Shown here: piece after piece, positions 27,045 through 40,897 of the stretch
Numbering within the stretch: position 1 is the first letter of the stretch
Layout: each line of letters starts with the position of its first letter
Source of the DNA: Octopus vulgaris
Lineage: Eukaryota
Length of the DNA: 64,000 nt
Assembly (NCBI GenBank): GCA_951406725.2
Contig: OX597827.1
Location: 24,676,001 to 24,740,000, forward strand
Reading direction: 5' to 3'
The notes under the pieces: generated by a model
What the model was told of the DNA's origin: nothing
The model's input: only the letters and a program-made list of their open reading frames with translations
Database searches by the model: none
Program-made: the position numbers and the translations under genes

Positions 27045-27338
27045 TATTTCGTTTTTGGATTCGGTTTGCAAGATTCTTTATGTGAGTTCGTGTGTTGAAG
27101 CATATTCTGTTGTGTCTGGGGAGAGTCATTTTCTTTTTGTGCCTTATAATTTAACACACACACAGGTAAAATTTCCAATTATTCCTAGTTTTATTTTCCT
27201 AGGACTATACAAAAGGTTGCAAGATGCAACGAAAGTTTTAGGAAAATAAAAATAAGTAATTAGTGGAAATTTTACCTGTGAGTGTGTTTAATTATAAGGC
27301 GCACAAAGAAAATGACTCTCTCCAGACACAACAGAATA
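27045..27338. repeat. fold-back repeat, related partial copy at 9266-9458
   Basis: ATATTCTGTTGTGTCTGGGGAGAGTCATTTT...AAAATTTCCA mirrored at 27263-27338; same family sequence at 9266. Confidence 0.7.
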
Positions 27339-27870
27339 TATACATACATACATATACATATATATATATATCACCATCATCATCATATAACTTCCTTTTT
27401 TCCCCACAAACACACTTTCTCTCTGTATCCAATGTCTATTGTCTGGAATATTTTTACTATAAATCTATGCTATGGAGTCAGTCAGGGCCATTGGGACTAA
27501 AATGTTATCAGCTATTAGCTGTCCTGTTCAAATAAATTGACACATTTATAATTCTCATGTTTTTAACTCATTTTGAATCCCTTTTCAAACTACGGTTAAC
27601 TGTCAATACAGGAGAACTGTGATCCTGGCATGATTTCCTGTACTGTAATAGGAATTTTAAAGAGGCCAGAAGTGGAATGAGGAAAATCCCACAGAAGAAA
27701 TATATACATATATGTATGTATGTGTGTAAATATATATACATATATACATGCATACACACTCACATGATGATGTTGATGATGAAAATGATGATGATGATAA
27801 TGATGATGTGATGATGATGATAGGAGTTGAGGAAATGGAATGATAAATACTTGTAAATAACTCATCTCAC

Positions 27871-27910
<40 letters not shown>

Positions 27911-28874
27911 GCACACACACTCACATGGTGATGATGTTGATGATGATAATGATGATGATATGAGTTGAGGAAATAGAATGACAAATACTTGTGAATAAAT
28001 TGTCTCACTTTCATGGAAGAGTCTCTTCATGTTTAACTCTTTTATGGAACTGGGACACCTTACCTTCAACCCCCTACTTGGTCCATTCATTTTGCATCCT
28101 CTGACATTCTCTTCCATGACTTCTGTCTCCTCATCACTCCATTTCATCTTCCCCACCACTTCATCATTCCACACCTTGGACAGACTTCACCATCATCCAC
28201 TTCATTCTGACCCCTTTTTCTTTCCCTAGGCCCAACACATAAGAGGCCAGACTGGACCACTCTCGGTTTCACCCTGGCCCTGCTACACTTACCAATCAAC
28301 ACACTCTCCTCTGGGTCACTTCAATTGCCACCTGACACCAACTCTTGCTTTTAGCTCCCTACCTCCTCATATACATCTTCAGCCCCCTCCAGGAGCCTTT
28401 CTTCGTCTTGTATAGACTCTCACAGCTTCCACCCACTGGTTACCCCAGCCCCTTTCTCTCACTCTCCCCACCCTACTTCTCTTTCCTTTATTGCTCTCCC
28501 TGCCCCCACCCACTGTTTTCCCACCCTCTGCCTCATTTTCTCTCACTGTCCTTTCTTCACAGCTTCTCCTGCACCTCAACATGTCTTGTCATCTTCCCCA
28601 TCGCCACCTCTATCCCTACAACCCTCCACACTTCTCTCTTCTTTCAAGGGATTCTCTCAAGATTCTTCATCACTGGCATCCTCCTCCCCTTACCCCTACA
28701 CCTTCCACCCATACCATCCCTCTCCGTTCACACTCTAGCACCCTCACCCATCCACTCACCCTTTCTCATCTGCTTTTCCTCTCCTCCTGTATTGACCTTC
28801 TACTTTGAGAGTTCACCATGACATCTCATCACCACCATCTTCATCTTTCTTTCTTTCCAACTACATGCGCGCGT

Positions 28875-28908
<34 letters not shown>

Positions 28909-29229
28909 CAAAGCACCTGTTCCTGTCCCTCTATCATACTTTCACACCTCAGGACCTCGCACAAAGCCACCTTGCTCTCTAGAAGACCCTCACTCTGTTA
29001 AATTACTTGGTGACCTTATTAGTTCTGGTAGAATGGCAAAAAACCCTTAATAGCTTTAGGAAGGGCATCCAGCTCTTGAAACTATGCCAAAGCAGGTAAT
29101 ATCAGAGCTTGATACAGTTCTCTTGGTTGTTGGACCCTGTTGAACTGTTCAACCCATGCCAGCATGGAACATGGATATTAAATGATAAAAATTATAATGC
29201 TGATTTCATATGTGTGTGTGTGTGTGTGT

Positions 29230-29480
29230 GGTGGCTCGTAGTTTAGTGATTAGGTGTGTTGCATTCATGATCTCAAGATTGTAGTTTTGATTCCTGGATT
29301 GGGCAATGCATTGTGTCCTTGAGCAAAACACTTCGTTTCATGTTATTCCTGTCCACTCAGCAAAAAGGATTAGCCATGCAATGGGCCAGCACCCTGTCCA
29401 GTCGAGAGGAATATATATGCCACAGAATCCAGGAGACAAATCTTATGAGCCTATGGCTCCAGAAAGACCTTTGGTCTTTT
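29230..29480 (+). mobile_element. old tRNA-derived CORE-type SINE (family D)
   Basis: Degenerate A/B boxes, TGTGTCCTTGAGCAAAACACTT and GTCCACTCAGC CORE-like motifs, GCAATGGGCCAGCACCCTGTCCAG tail motif. Confidence 0.5.
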
Positions 29481-29909
29481 TACTTTATAAAGGTAAAAGA
29501 ACACAAATGGGGTCAAAAATTTATGACAGCTGTTTTGGTAGAATTTTATTAATGACATTGAGACATACACCATCTTCAGATAAAATGTCAAACAGGTACA
29601 AACAGGTGAGATAATACCTTGATGATGACCAATACAATCAACATTTTTGGATAAGTTAAATTAGATTTGGTAACTTACATATCTACAGTATCCTACTAAC
29701 ATTTGATACCTTCCTGATTGGTTTACCTCCCTGTGAACTCTACCTTATTGTACGTAGCTATTTCTGGCATTCTATGTGTTCATGTGCCTAAATTCTAATG
29801 AGTCCTATAATTAATCAATATGTATATATATGTATATGCAAACACACACACACACACACACACATATATATTCATATACACTCACTTGCACACACACACA
29901 CATATATAT

Positions 29910-29956
<47 letters not shown>

Positions 29957-30133
29957 GATTGATCATTAAATCCAGATTTTTTTTATTCTCTTTCTGTTTA
30001 TTTCCTCATGTTCCTTTCTGCTGAAGAGCGTAGGCTCGAAATGTAAAAGACTTTCTCACTTTCCAGAGCATCAATCTAATACACCTGCTTGTTGTTTATA
30101 CACCTGGTTTTTTTTTGTAAATTTCAACTACAC

Positions 30134-30168
<35 letters not shown>

Positions 30169-30969
30169 CATACACACACACATACACATATAAATATATA
30201 CTTTAAGCACACGTACATATAGAAATATAGACATTTATCTGCAAGTTTGTACGCACGTGATTGATAATATGTAATGGTATGCACAAAAAGTAATAATTAT
30301 TTTTTTTGTTTTATTTATCTATTTATTTACTATTTATTTATTTTGTAAAATATTAAAACCAACGAACCGCCCCTCGAAACAAACAAGCAAATAAACACCA
30401 GTCCAGTGAATTATGTCAGGGGGAAACTGTGCACATCTAAATGATAACATTTAAAGAAACGAACTCGTTTCCACGCACAATCAATACAAAGTAATTATGT
30501 TGATGGGACTATACAAGCAAAATATATAGGTTAGTTTATCCACTGGTCAGTAAACATCATCAGTTATTTAGATCACTGTCTAACCGGTACTACGTACACA
30601 CACACACACATATCTTAACTGAACTCACATTCCCCTTATCAAATATTGAAAAGTTCTGTGTTTTAATGGCAGGCCTGTTTGTCCATCAAGTCATTCAATT
30701 TTGACTGAGGTTTAATATATGAAATGGTGAAGCTGTTGTCAGACGAATGATGATAGATCTACTTACTTAAAATACTACCGGACTAGAGAGCCATGTGTGT
30801 GCATACATGTGTGTGTGTGTGTAACTATATTGGAGTAAAATGTAGAAGTCATGGTTTTTGTGAAGGTAGTGATATTAGTATTGTTACTGGAGGTGGTGGT
30901 GGTGGTGGTGGAGTCGTTGTTAGCATATAATATATATATTACAATATTACACGTATATATATGTACATA

Positions 30970-31026
<57 letters not shown>

Positions 31027-31113
31027 TCATTATCATCATTTAATATCTGTTGTCCATGCTGGCATGGGTTGGACAGTTTGACCAGGGCTGGTAAGCCGAG
31101 GGGCTGCATCAAA

Positions 31114-31165
<52 letters not shown>

Positions 31166-31187
31166 CATATATATGTGTGTGTCTATA

Positions 31188-31404
31188 TACTCTTTTACTC
31201 TTTTACTTGTTTCAGTCATTTGACTGTGGCCATGCTGGAGCACCGCCTTTAGTCGAGCAAATCGACCCCGGGACTTATTCTTTGTAAGCCCAGTACTTAT
31301 TCTATTGGTCTCTTTTGCCGAACCGCTAAGTGAAGGGGACGTAAACACACCAGCATCGGTTGTCAAGCAATGCTAGAGGGACAAACACAGACACACAAAC
31401 ATAT

Positions 31405-31437
<33 letters not shown>

Positions 31438-31612
31438 CATACATATATACGACAGGTTTCTTTCAGTTTCCGTCTACCAAATCCACTCACAAGGCTTTGG
31501 TCGGTCTGAGGCTATAGCAGAAGACACTTGCCCAAGATGCCAAGCAGTGGGACTGAACCCGGAACCATGTGGTGGGTTAGCAAGCTACCTACACACAGCC
31601 ACTCCTGCACCT
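31188..31612 (-). mobile_element. SINE family A, full length
   Basis: Reverse complement of 6561-6973. Confidence 0.85.
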
Positions 31613-31701
31613 ATATATATACATACATACACATATATATATATGTATATATATATATATACACACACACTCATATATATATATATATATATACACACAC
31701 A

Positions 31702-31746
<45 letters not shown>

Positions 31747-33513
31747 ATATATATATATATGCACATATATCTATGTATACATGTATGTATATATGTACAC
31801 ATCATTTTACATATTCATCTTATACACACAGGTATAGAAGACACATACACACACATATATAATGTATTTATAATATTTACAAGTATACATATGTGTGTAT
31901 ACATATGTGCATGTATGTGTGTGACTATGCATATATATATATACATACACACATGCACACACATCAATATATAAGATTGTCTCTCTTCTCTTTCTCTCAT
32001 TCACACACACACACACACGCACCTATATAGTACGCATACAACCATTGGTAGCGGTGGTACCAATAGTTGCTACTGCTGCTGCTGCTGCTACTAACGATGG
32101 AAGAGAATGTGTGGAGGCAAATAGGAAGGAAAAAATATAAATAAAAATAACAAAAAGAAAACAAAGCAAAACAAAACAAAAAATTAGATAATGGAAAAGA
32201 AAAATATAAAACAACAACAAAAAAAGCCCAAACAAACGCCCCTCCCCCACACCAAATCTGTTTGGTAATATGTAAGTAGCGAGAAGTAAATGCTTGAACT
32301 GGTGCCAAGTATTTTTATTGTCTTGACAGAGAACATTGGGTTTGAAACCTGGATTGCTTCATTTATTTTTCATTTGTTTTCTTTCTTACTTTTGTTTTTC
32401 TGTGTAATTTATGTATGTTTTTTCTAAATTATCTATTTTTTATTACACAAAAAGCAGTCACATGACCTGTGGTTGTTAGGGTGACTACTTTACATGTTTG
32501 CTGTTGTTGTTGTTGTCGTTGTTGTTTCGCCACAGGTCTGGCCTGAGTGAGCAGATTTATGATCAAAGCTATTAGAGTCGTGACCATTCCATCTATTTTG
32601 GAGTATTTAGGACTCTTTCTTATGTAATGTGGCCTTCTTATTGAAACAACCGGGTGTTCATTATCATCATCATCATCATCAAACTCCGTTTTCCATCCTG
32701 GCAAAGGTTGGACGGTTCGACTGGGGTCTGGGAAGCCAGGGGGGCTGCACCAGGCCCCAGTCTGATCTGGCAGTGTTTCTACAGCTTGATGCCCTTCCTA
32801 ATGCTAACCACTCTGCGAATGTAGTGGGTGCTTTTTACGTGCCACTGGCACAGAGACCAGAGGAGCTGGCATCGGCCATGTTCAGACGGTGCTTTTTACA
32901 TGCTACTGGCACGGCGCTCAGCAAGTTCAGCTGCCATGCAAAGGAACCCCTCATTTGCTTGGTTGACAGAGTAGCAGAAGAATTATAAAAACTTGAGTCA
33001 ATGCTTCTCAAAGTGGGTAATACCAGCCCCAGGGTGGGAGAAAGTAGAAAATTTTATATCCTAGGGGTCGTGGGTTGGTTGAAGATGATAACTGCATCTG
33101 CACAGCTTTTTTAAAATTTTCATCTCTAATTTGAATATTCCCTGTAATCCTTTATCCATCCCAAATCTTCAACTTGCTTTATGTTCAAACTGGACAGATC
33201 CAGCCTCTCACACCTACCCTACATTGTCGTTCTAAAAATAAACAATCACGTCATTGAAAACTCGAAGCTACAAGATAATGCATGATCAATTCAAAACAAT
33301 GTGAATAAATAAGCATTACACTTGAAAGACCTAGGGCATGGTTTGAGGGAGATTTGACTGCTATTTCTAACAGGGCTAGCCACTATGTAAAGATCTCCTT
33401 TGTTGCTTCATACCTATATTTCCAATTAGTGTTTAAACCTGCCATATCAAGCCCAAACATTCTGCCTGTTTTGCATTCAAACTGGACATTTTCTGGCTCA
33501 AATATGTTCCTTG

Positions 33514-33555
<42 letters not shown>

Positions 33556-33570
33556 CATTATTATTATTAT

Positions 33571-34052
33571 TGCCTTTGTACAGCTTCTAAAGTTGGAGAC
33601 GTACTAGTGTCAGCTATTCGCTACCAATGAACTAAGGTAACACCTTTTATTTCTTGAGCACCTTCCAGCTGTTTTTTGTAAGTGCTCCACCCTTATTGCA
33701 ACCCCTATTTATTCCATGTACCTCTCAACACTTCCCATGACTCTGACAATTATTGGTACAACTGCTACCTTTCTCATCGACCACAGCTGCTTAACTTCCC
33801 AAGCTAACCTGTCATATCTCTCGACTTTTCTTTCTTTCTTATCGCATACCTTGTTGTCAGCTGGGCAAGCTATATCTATGATCCTGTATAGTTTGCTTTC
33901 TTTCTCAATTAAGACTATGTCTGGCTTCCTACTCTCCAGCTCATAGTTGCACTGAATCATAAAATCCCACAGGATCTTTGCATTATCATTTTCGATGATG
34001 CCTTCAGGTTTGTGGTTGTACCAATATTTTGCTCTGTCAAGTCCATACAGTT
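33571..34052 (-). mobile_element. R4/Dong-like RLE non-LTR retrotransposon 3' fragment with (TAA)n tail
   Basis: ORF 33709-34062: ILWDF...RKPDIVL...IIDIACP...KVERYDRL...VPIIV (PD-D/ExK RLE domain); (TTA)n at 33517-33570. Confidence 0.85.
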
Positions 34053-34434
34053 TTATGTTCAAACTGGCCAGATTTGGCCTCTCACACCTAACCTACAATG
34101 TCATTCTGAAAATAAATAATCACATCATGGTTAATTACAAACAATCTGAATAAATAAGGATTATATTTGACAGAGCAATCTGAATGCTTAGAAGTTAAAC
34201 CAGCCCTAACCAGCCCAAATATTCAACCTGTTTTATATTCAAACTGGCCAGATCGGGCCCCTCACACCTTCCCTGCAGTGTCATTCTAAAAATAAATAAT
34301 CATAACTTGGAAATCTCAAAGCTATGAGATAACACAGGACTAATTATAAAGAATGTGAATAAATAAATATTACATTTAACTGAGTAAGGTGAATACCAAA
34401 GGGTGAAATATGAAAACGGCAGTTAAATGTAATA

Positions 34435-35015
34435 CTCTTTTCTACTCTAGGTGCAAGGCCTGAAATTTTTAGGGAGCAGGGGATGATGTGTGGAATCGAT
34501 TAGATTCCAGTACACAACTGGTGCTTAATTTATCGACCCTGAAAGGATGAAAGGCAAAGTCGACCTCAGTGGAATTTGAACTCAGAATGTAAAGACAGAT
34601 GAAATACCTATTTCTTTACGACCCACAAGGGGCTAAACACAGAAGGGACAAACAAGGACAGACAAACGGATTAAGTCGATTATATCGACCCCAGTGCATA
34701 ACTGGTACTTATTTAATCGACTCCGAAAGGATGAAAGGCAAAGTTGACCTCAGCGGAATTTAAACTCAGAATGTAGCAGCAGACGAAATACTGCTAAGCA
34801 TTTTGTTTGGTGTGCTAATGTTTCTTTTGAACTCTAAGCACAAAGCCCAAAATTTTGAAGGCAGGAGCCAGTCAATTAGATCGACCCCAGTACGCAACTG
34901 GTACTTAATTTATTGATCCCAAAAGGATGAAAAGCAAAGTCAACCTCAGCGGAATTTGAACTCAGAATGTAAAAACAGACAAAATAAAGCTAAGTATTTC
35001 GCTCGGAGTGCTAAC
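34435..35015 (-). mobile_element. tandem SINE family B copies
   Basis: Three repeats of GAAAGGATGAAAGGCAAAGTCGACCTCAGCGGAATTTGAACTCAGAA. Confidence 0.8.
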
Positions 35016-35467
35016 ATAATATAATGACAAACTGCTTGTTAGCCACAATAACAACCACATCAACAAAAACGATAGACTTACAAAAGTGAAAAAGTAAATA
35101 AACTAAATATATATGCTTATTATATGTGAATCATAAACAATAGACAATAAAGTATGATTTAAAAGACAATATCAAAATTTACGGCTCTTTCTATTACATG
35201 CAATAAAGGCAGGGAATGTCCCTGACTTGGGTGTTTATATATATATGGTGTATTTAGACTTGCTGAATTACGCAGCAATATTTTGAAAGTGGGTCTTCAA
35301 GGAGGAATATAAATAAAAGAAAAGGAGTTATAGAATTGGAAGTTTGCGAAGCCCTTCTCATATTATTCCACTTGAGCTCATTTCCAGTTCTATCACACAA
35401 ACAAAACCCCACCACATCCTGATTTAAAAGTTTTCTGTTTTAATTTAGAACCTTCAGTCACGATTTT

Positions 35468-35632
35468 ATACTGTTGTCATTGTTTACCAGTAGATAAGGT
35501 ACACCTATGTTGTTGTCATTGTTTACCTGTAGATAAGGTACACCTATGTTGGTGTCATTGTTTACCTGTAGATAAGGTACACCTATACTGTTGTCATTGT
35601 TTACCTGTAGATTGAGTACACCTATATTGTTG
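35468..35632. repeat. 39-bp minisatellite, ~4 units
   Basis: Unit CTGTTGTCATTGTTTACCTGTAGATAAGGTACACCTATA. Confidence 0.9.
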
Positions 35633-36169
35633 ACCTTGACCTTCAAATTAAATGTGGTTGAGTAGACCTATGATAAAAGGCATTCAATCTCTGACCATCT
35701 TACCTTCTTTCAACCATTTCTGCACCCCAAACCGCATTATCCAATATGTCCCTTCTTTTTAAAGATGGTATGGCATGGTTTGTTAGTGACTTAGGCAGAT
35801 ACTTTTCTTTCTAGCAAGTGGACCAACCACATAGACATTTCTAAATCATCTTGTCATGAACTGAAAAATGTAAGAGTGCAAAGGTAGTGCTTCCCTTTTT
35901 TTTTTTATCACTTTCCTTTCACCTGTTTCAGTCAATAGACTGTAGCCATACTGCTGACCATCTACAGTAGCATAATATCGGCTGTGTTATAGGGGCAGTT
36001 GTTTTGAATGCAAAATTCTTTGGCACATAAAATTTAAAATGAAAAAAATAATAAAGTCGTAATAATAGATGAAAAAACAGTTCACCCTCTTCGCATTACT
36101 TGTTTCACCCCAGGCACAGCTCTGTCTACTTTGAGATTCTTGGTAGATTATTATGTTTATTTATTATTT

Positions 36170-36652
36170 TATGGCACCCGTGCCAGTGGAATGTTAAAAG
36201 CACCATCCAAGTGTGATCGTTGCCAGAGCCGCTGACTGGCTCCTGTGCCAGTGGCACGTAAAAAGCACCATTCGAGCATGATCGTTGCCAGTATCACTTT
36301 ACTGGCACATGTGCCAGTGACACATGAAAAACAACATTCGAGTGTGGTCGTTGCTAGGGCTGCCGGACTGTCTCAAAAAGGGATTTTTACGTGCCACTTT
36401 GCAGGTGGCACGTAAAAATCCCTTTTTGAGCATGGTCGTTGCCAGTACTGCCTGACTGGCCCTCATGCCGGTGGCACGTAAAAAGCACCCACTACACTCT
36501 CGGAATGGTTGGCGTTAGGAAGGGCACCCAGCTGTAGAAACTTTGCCAGATCAGATTGGAGCCTGGTGCAGCCTTCTGGCTCTCCAGCCTTCAGTCAAAC
36601 CGTCCAATCCATGCCAGCATGGAAAGCGGATGTTAAACAATGACGATGACGA
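36170..36652 (+). mobile_element. RTE LINE 3' UTR fragment with tandem structured repeats
   Basis: About five GTGCC.GTGGCACGTAAAAAGCACC units, then GGTTGGCGTTAGGAAGGGCA and a (GAT/GAC)n tail; similar fragments at 14940, 38640, 44248, 50958, 57778 and 59775. Confidence 0.8.
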
Positions 36653-37529
36653 TAACTGACTTTTTGAGTGTGTGTGTGTGTGTGTGTGCGTGCGCATGTA
36701 TGTGTGTGTGTGTGGGTGTGTGTATCTGTGTGTATGTGAGCTGATTATAGACAAAAGTCTATATATTGCCAACAATAAAGGGTGTTGTCTTCTTGCAGTT
36801 TTCTGCAAAAGGCATGTTTGGGCAGATCCCCGTTCAATAGATTGATGGATTCTGGACTTGCTTGGAACTGGTAGGGGTGGGAGGGGGGAGGTTGATGTCA
36901 GAAAGAGCATCCAGTCAAAGAAAACTCTGTTGTAATGCAGTCTTGTCCTAACACAGGCAAATAGGGAAGAGTAGATATTGAAATGACGGTGATGATGACG
37001 ACAACGACGATGACAATGACGATGATGACAGCAATGACACGAAAGTGTTCTCTCGTTTCTTATAAAACTTTTTATGTCTGCCTATGTTTTCCAATAAACT
37101 CTCCTAATTTTTATTTTCTGAATTTTTCAAATTGTAAAGGTAATTTATGGACACCCTATACATATACAATGACTGGCTTCTCCAGTTTCTCTTGACCAAA
37201 TTCAGCTCAGAGGACATTACTAAAGTCAAGGCCCCAAAGTCGGACAAAGTCAAGGCCACACAGTAGGATAGAACCTGCAAACACATGGCTACAAAGACAA
37301 ACTTCTTAACACCACAGCCATACCTGCATTCATAGAGTTATAGCGAGGATATTTGGTAAGAATCAGCATTTACAGAACCTGGTTCTTAGAACAAACAACT
37401 AAATCAATAAATAGACTTAAAAATAGTGTCATGTTTAGGGGTCCTAGACTGGCAGAATGATTAGAATATCATGCAATATTTAACTGTAGCCTAACCCTAT
37501 GATAACAAAAAGGGTTAAAATATATAATA

Positions 37530-37992
37530 GAGAAACAATTCTTTACCCTTTTGATACCAACCTGCCTGAAACCGCCTCTGGCTCTGTAGTACAAATGTCT
37601 TGTTTTCATAAGTTTTGAATTAAAATCTTCCACCAAACTTTACTCACAATTTATGTTCCTAACACTAGCTGAATGATAACGAAGTTATTTTACTAAATTC
37701 TTTGTTATATTTAAAATTAATTGAAAGAAACATAGAGCGTCTCAACAGATGGAGAAATAATTCTTAACCCTTTTGATACCAACCCGCCTGAAACTGGCTC
37801 TGGCTCTGTAGTACAAATGTCTTGTTTATGTAAGTTTAGAATTAAAATTTTCCACCAAACCTTAGTCACAATTTATGTTCCTAACACTAGCTTAATGATA
37901 ACTAAGTTATTTTACTAAATTCTTTATTATATTTAAAATTAATTGAAAGAAACACAGAGCATCTCAACAGAAATATGGTAAGAAAAAGGGTT
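37530..37992. mobile_element. piggyBac-like MITE, tandemly duplicated (~222-bp period)
   Basis: TTAA-CCCTTTTGATACC start and ...AAAAAGGGTT end; the duplication includes the flank GAGAAA(C/T)AATTC; related remnant at 1-106. Confidence 0.6.
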
Positions 37993-40292
37993 GGTGGTGA
38001 TCTACCAGAATCATTAGCATACTGGGCAAAATGCTGTGTGATATTTCATTTGTCTTTACGTTCTGGGTTCAAATGCTGCCAGGGTCACCCTTGCCTTTCA
38101 TTCTTTCGGGGTCAATAAAATAAGTACCAGTTGATCACTGGAGTTGATGTGATTGACTTAGCCCCTCTCTCAAAATTGCTGGCCTTATGCTGAAATTTGA
38201 AACCAATATTTAGCTGTAGACCTTAATATTCTGTGTTCAAATCCCACTTAGGTCAGCTATATCTTTTATTGCATCAGGGTTGATATAAAGTAAGCACAAT
38301 TGGAATATTGGGTGGTAGGTGGTATTGGTGTTGTTGGTGGTGATGTGTGTGTGTGTGTGTGGGGGGGCAAGATAACAGATTACCCAAAATCAATGTTTAG
38401 ACGTTATCGATAGATTATTTGAAGCTGGCAAGTTGGTTGAATCCTTGCTGCCCCGGACAAAATGCTTAGCAGCCTTTCTTCCAACTTGACATTGTGAGTT
38501 CAAATTGCACTGAGGTCGATTTTGCTTTTCATCCTTTCAGGGTGGATAAAATAAGTACCAGTTGAACACTGGCATTGATCTAATCAACTTACCCCCTCCT
38601 CTAGAATTGCTGGCATTGTGCTGAAATTTGGAACCGGAGATATGTTGCGCTTGAGAAGACCTGGCGAGCCAAGCGGGACCATAACTGTGGCCTATGCCAG
38701 TGCAGAATAACCAGTCCATTTAAGAGTACCCTTCAATCCCTGGGCAATAGACTGTGTTTGCAAAGACCTGACTGGTCCCGTGCTGGTGACACGTAAAAAG
38801 CACCATTCGAGTGTGATCGTTACCAGTGCCACCTAACTGACTCCACTTCCGGTGGCACATAAAAAGCACCATTCAAGTGTGGCCAATGCCAGTACCACCT
38901 GAGTGGACCCTGTGCCGGTGGCACGTAAAAAGCACCCACTACACTTTCGGAGTGGTTGGCATTAGGAAGGGTATTCAGCTGTAGAAACTTTGCCAGATCA
39001 GATTGGAGTCTGGTGCAGCCTTCTAGCTTGCGAGCACTCAGTCAAACTGCCTAACCCATGCCAGCATGGAAAGCGGACGTTAAACAATGATGATGATGAT
39101 GATGACTGGTAGATTATTTTGATCACTGAATGGTTAAGCAATTATCTCCATTTATCTGCACCAGAGCATGGATAAGTGCATGGTAACAAGTAATGTTCCA
39201 TCCATTGCCGATGCACCAGCCCTGACAATGCGTGGAACAAAAGCAGGACATTACCGAAGCATTTGGACTCTGGGTTATTAGAACTGTTTAAAGGACATAT
39301 TCATTTTTGATGATGCCATAGGTATGACAACAAGCACAGGCTGGCATACACACACACACACACACACACATGCACACACACTCACACAAACACATACATG
39401 CATACACACACATAAACATACACACATGCACAAACACACACTCACACAAACATACACACATGCATACACACACAAACACATGCACACTAACACACACAAG
39501 CACACACTTAGACACAGACATCCACATACACACACACATGTACATAAACACACTCACACACATACACACAAACACACATGCACATGAACACACACACATA
39601 CACAAATACACACACAAACACACACACACTCATGCACACAGATGCACACGAACACATACACACACGAACACATGCACTCACACATACACACACACACGCA
39701 CAGACAGAGCAGCAGAGCATACGATGTGGGTTTGTGAGGAAATGTGACAGTGTAATGCTACGACTGCCATCTATCTGGGGGGAAAATATCAATGACATCA
39801 ATATGATTGATCTGCGAGAAACGAGATTCCCTAACGAAGTGAATCTGAAGTATTCACATCAGAGGAAAGAGGAAGACAGGCATTGAAGAATTAGTTTGTG
39901 AGTTTGTAATGAGACCATTAATAATTTAAAAGCTACCAAATTGCTTAATGGAATTTCTGATAGAATTACTAGTAATTGGTTCCACTTGGAAACTAACCGT
40001 ACTGTCTTTCTATCTATTCCACAATCAATTCAGTTTATGATTTACCATCTTGTTTCAGGTTGTTTGGTTCTTTCAGACAGTTGACATTCTCACGAGCAAA
40101 ATCTTTGTATTATGGTAAAAAAACAAAACCAAAAACAGACACAATTAAAGACACTCATTAATAAATGAAATCTGTTTTTATCCTGCAAGGTCCAATTATA
40201 GTAAAAGAAAGCCTGCAAGGAATTAGCAGATGTTATTGGACAAGAATATAGTAGTAACCATTTTATAACCATAAGTTATAATAATAATAAGT

Positions 40293-40337
<45 letters not shown>

Positions 40338-40554
40338 TCTTTCTACTAAAAGCACAAAGCCTGAAATTTGGTGGGAAGAGACTACTTGATTACATCGACA
40401 CCAGTGTTTCACTGGTACTAAATTTATCAACCCCCAAAGGATGAAAGGCAAAGCTGATCTTGGAGGAATTTGAACTCAGAACGTAGCAACAGGCGAAATA
40501 GTGTGAAGCATTTTGTCCAGTGAGCTAACGATTCTGCCAGCTTGCTGCTTTAGT

Positions 40555-40623
<69 letters not shown>

Positions 40624-40835
40624 TCTTTCTACTAAAAGCACAAAGCCTAAAATTTTGGGGAAGGGAGCCAGTTAATTAGATTGACCCCAGTACACAACTG
40701 GTACTTAATTTATCGACCCCGAAAGGATGAAAAGCCAAGCTGACCTCAACGGAATTTGAACTCAGAATGTAGCAGCAGACGAAATACTGCTAAGCATTTA
40801 GTCCAGTGTGCTAATGATTCTGCCAGCTCACTACC

Positions 40836-40897
<62 letters not shown>

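Noticed and set aside
28020-28800. Pyrimidine-rich ORFs, possibly a decayed GIY-YIG/PLE remnant
   Set aside because: Only faint motifs (GQTG, GHFN); too degraded to call.
35468-35632. Regular repeat considered as CRISPR-like or as a coding repeat
   Set aside because: Head-to-tail 39-bp units without unique spacers; eukaryotic context; no splice or expression evidence.
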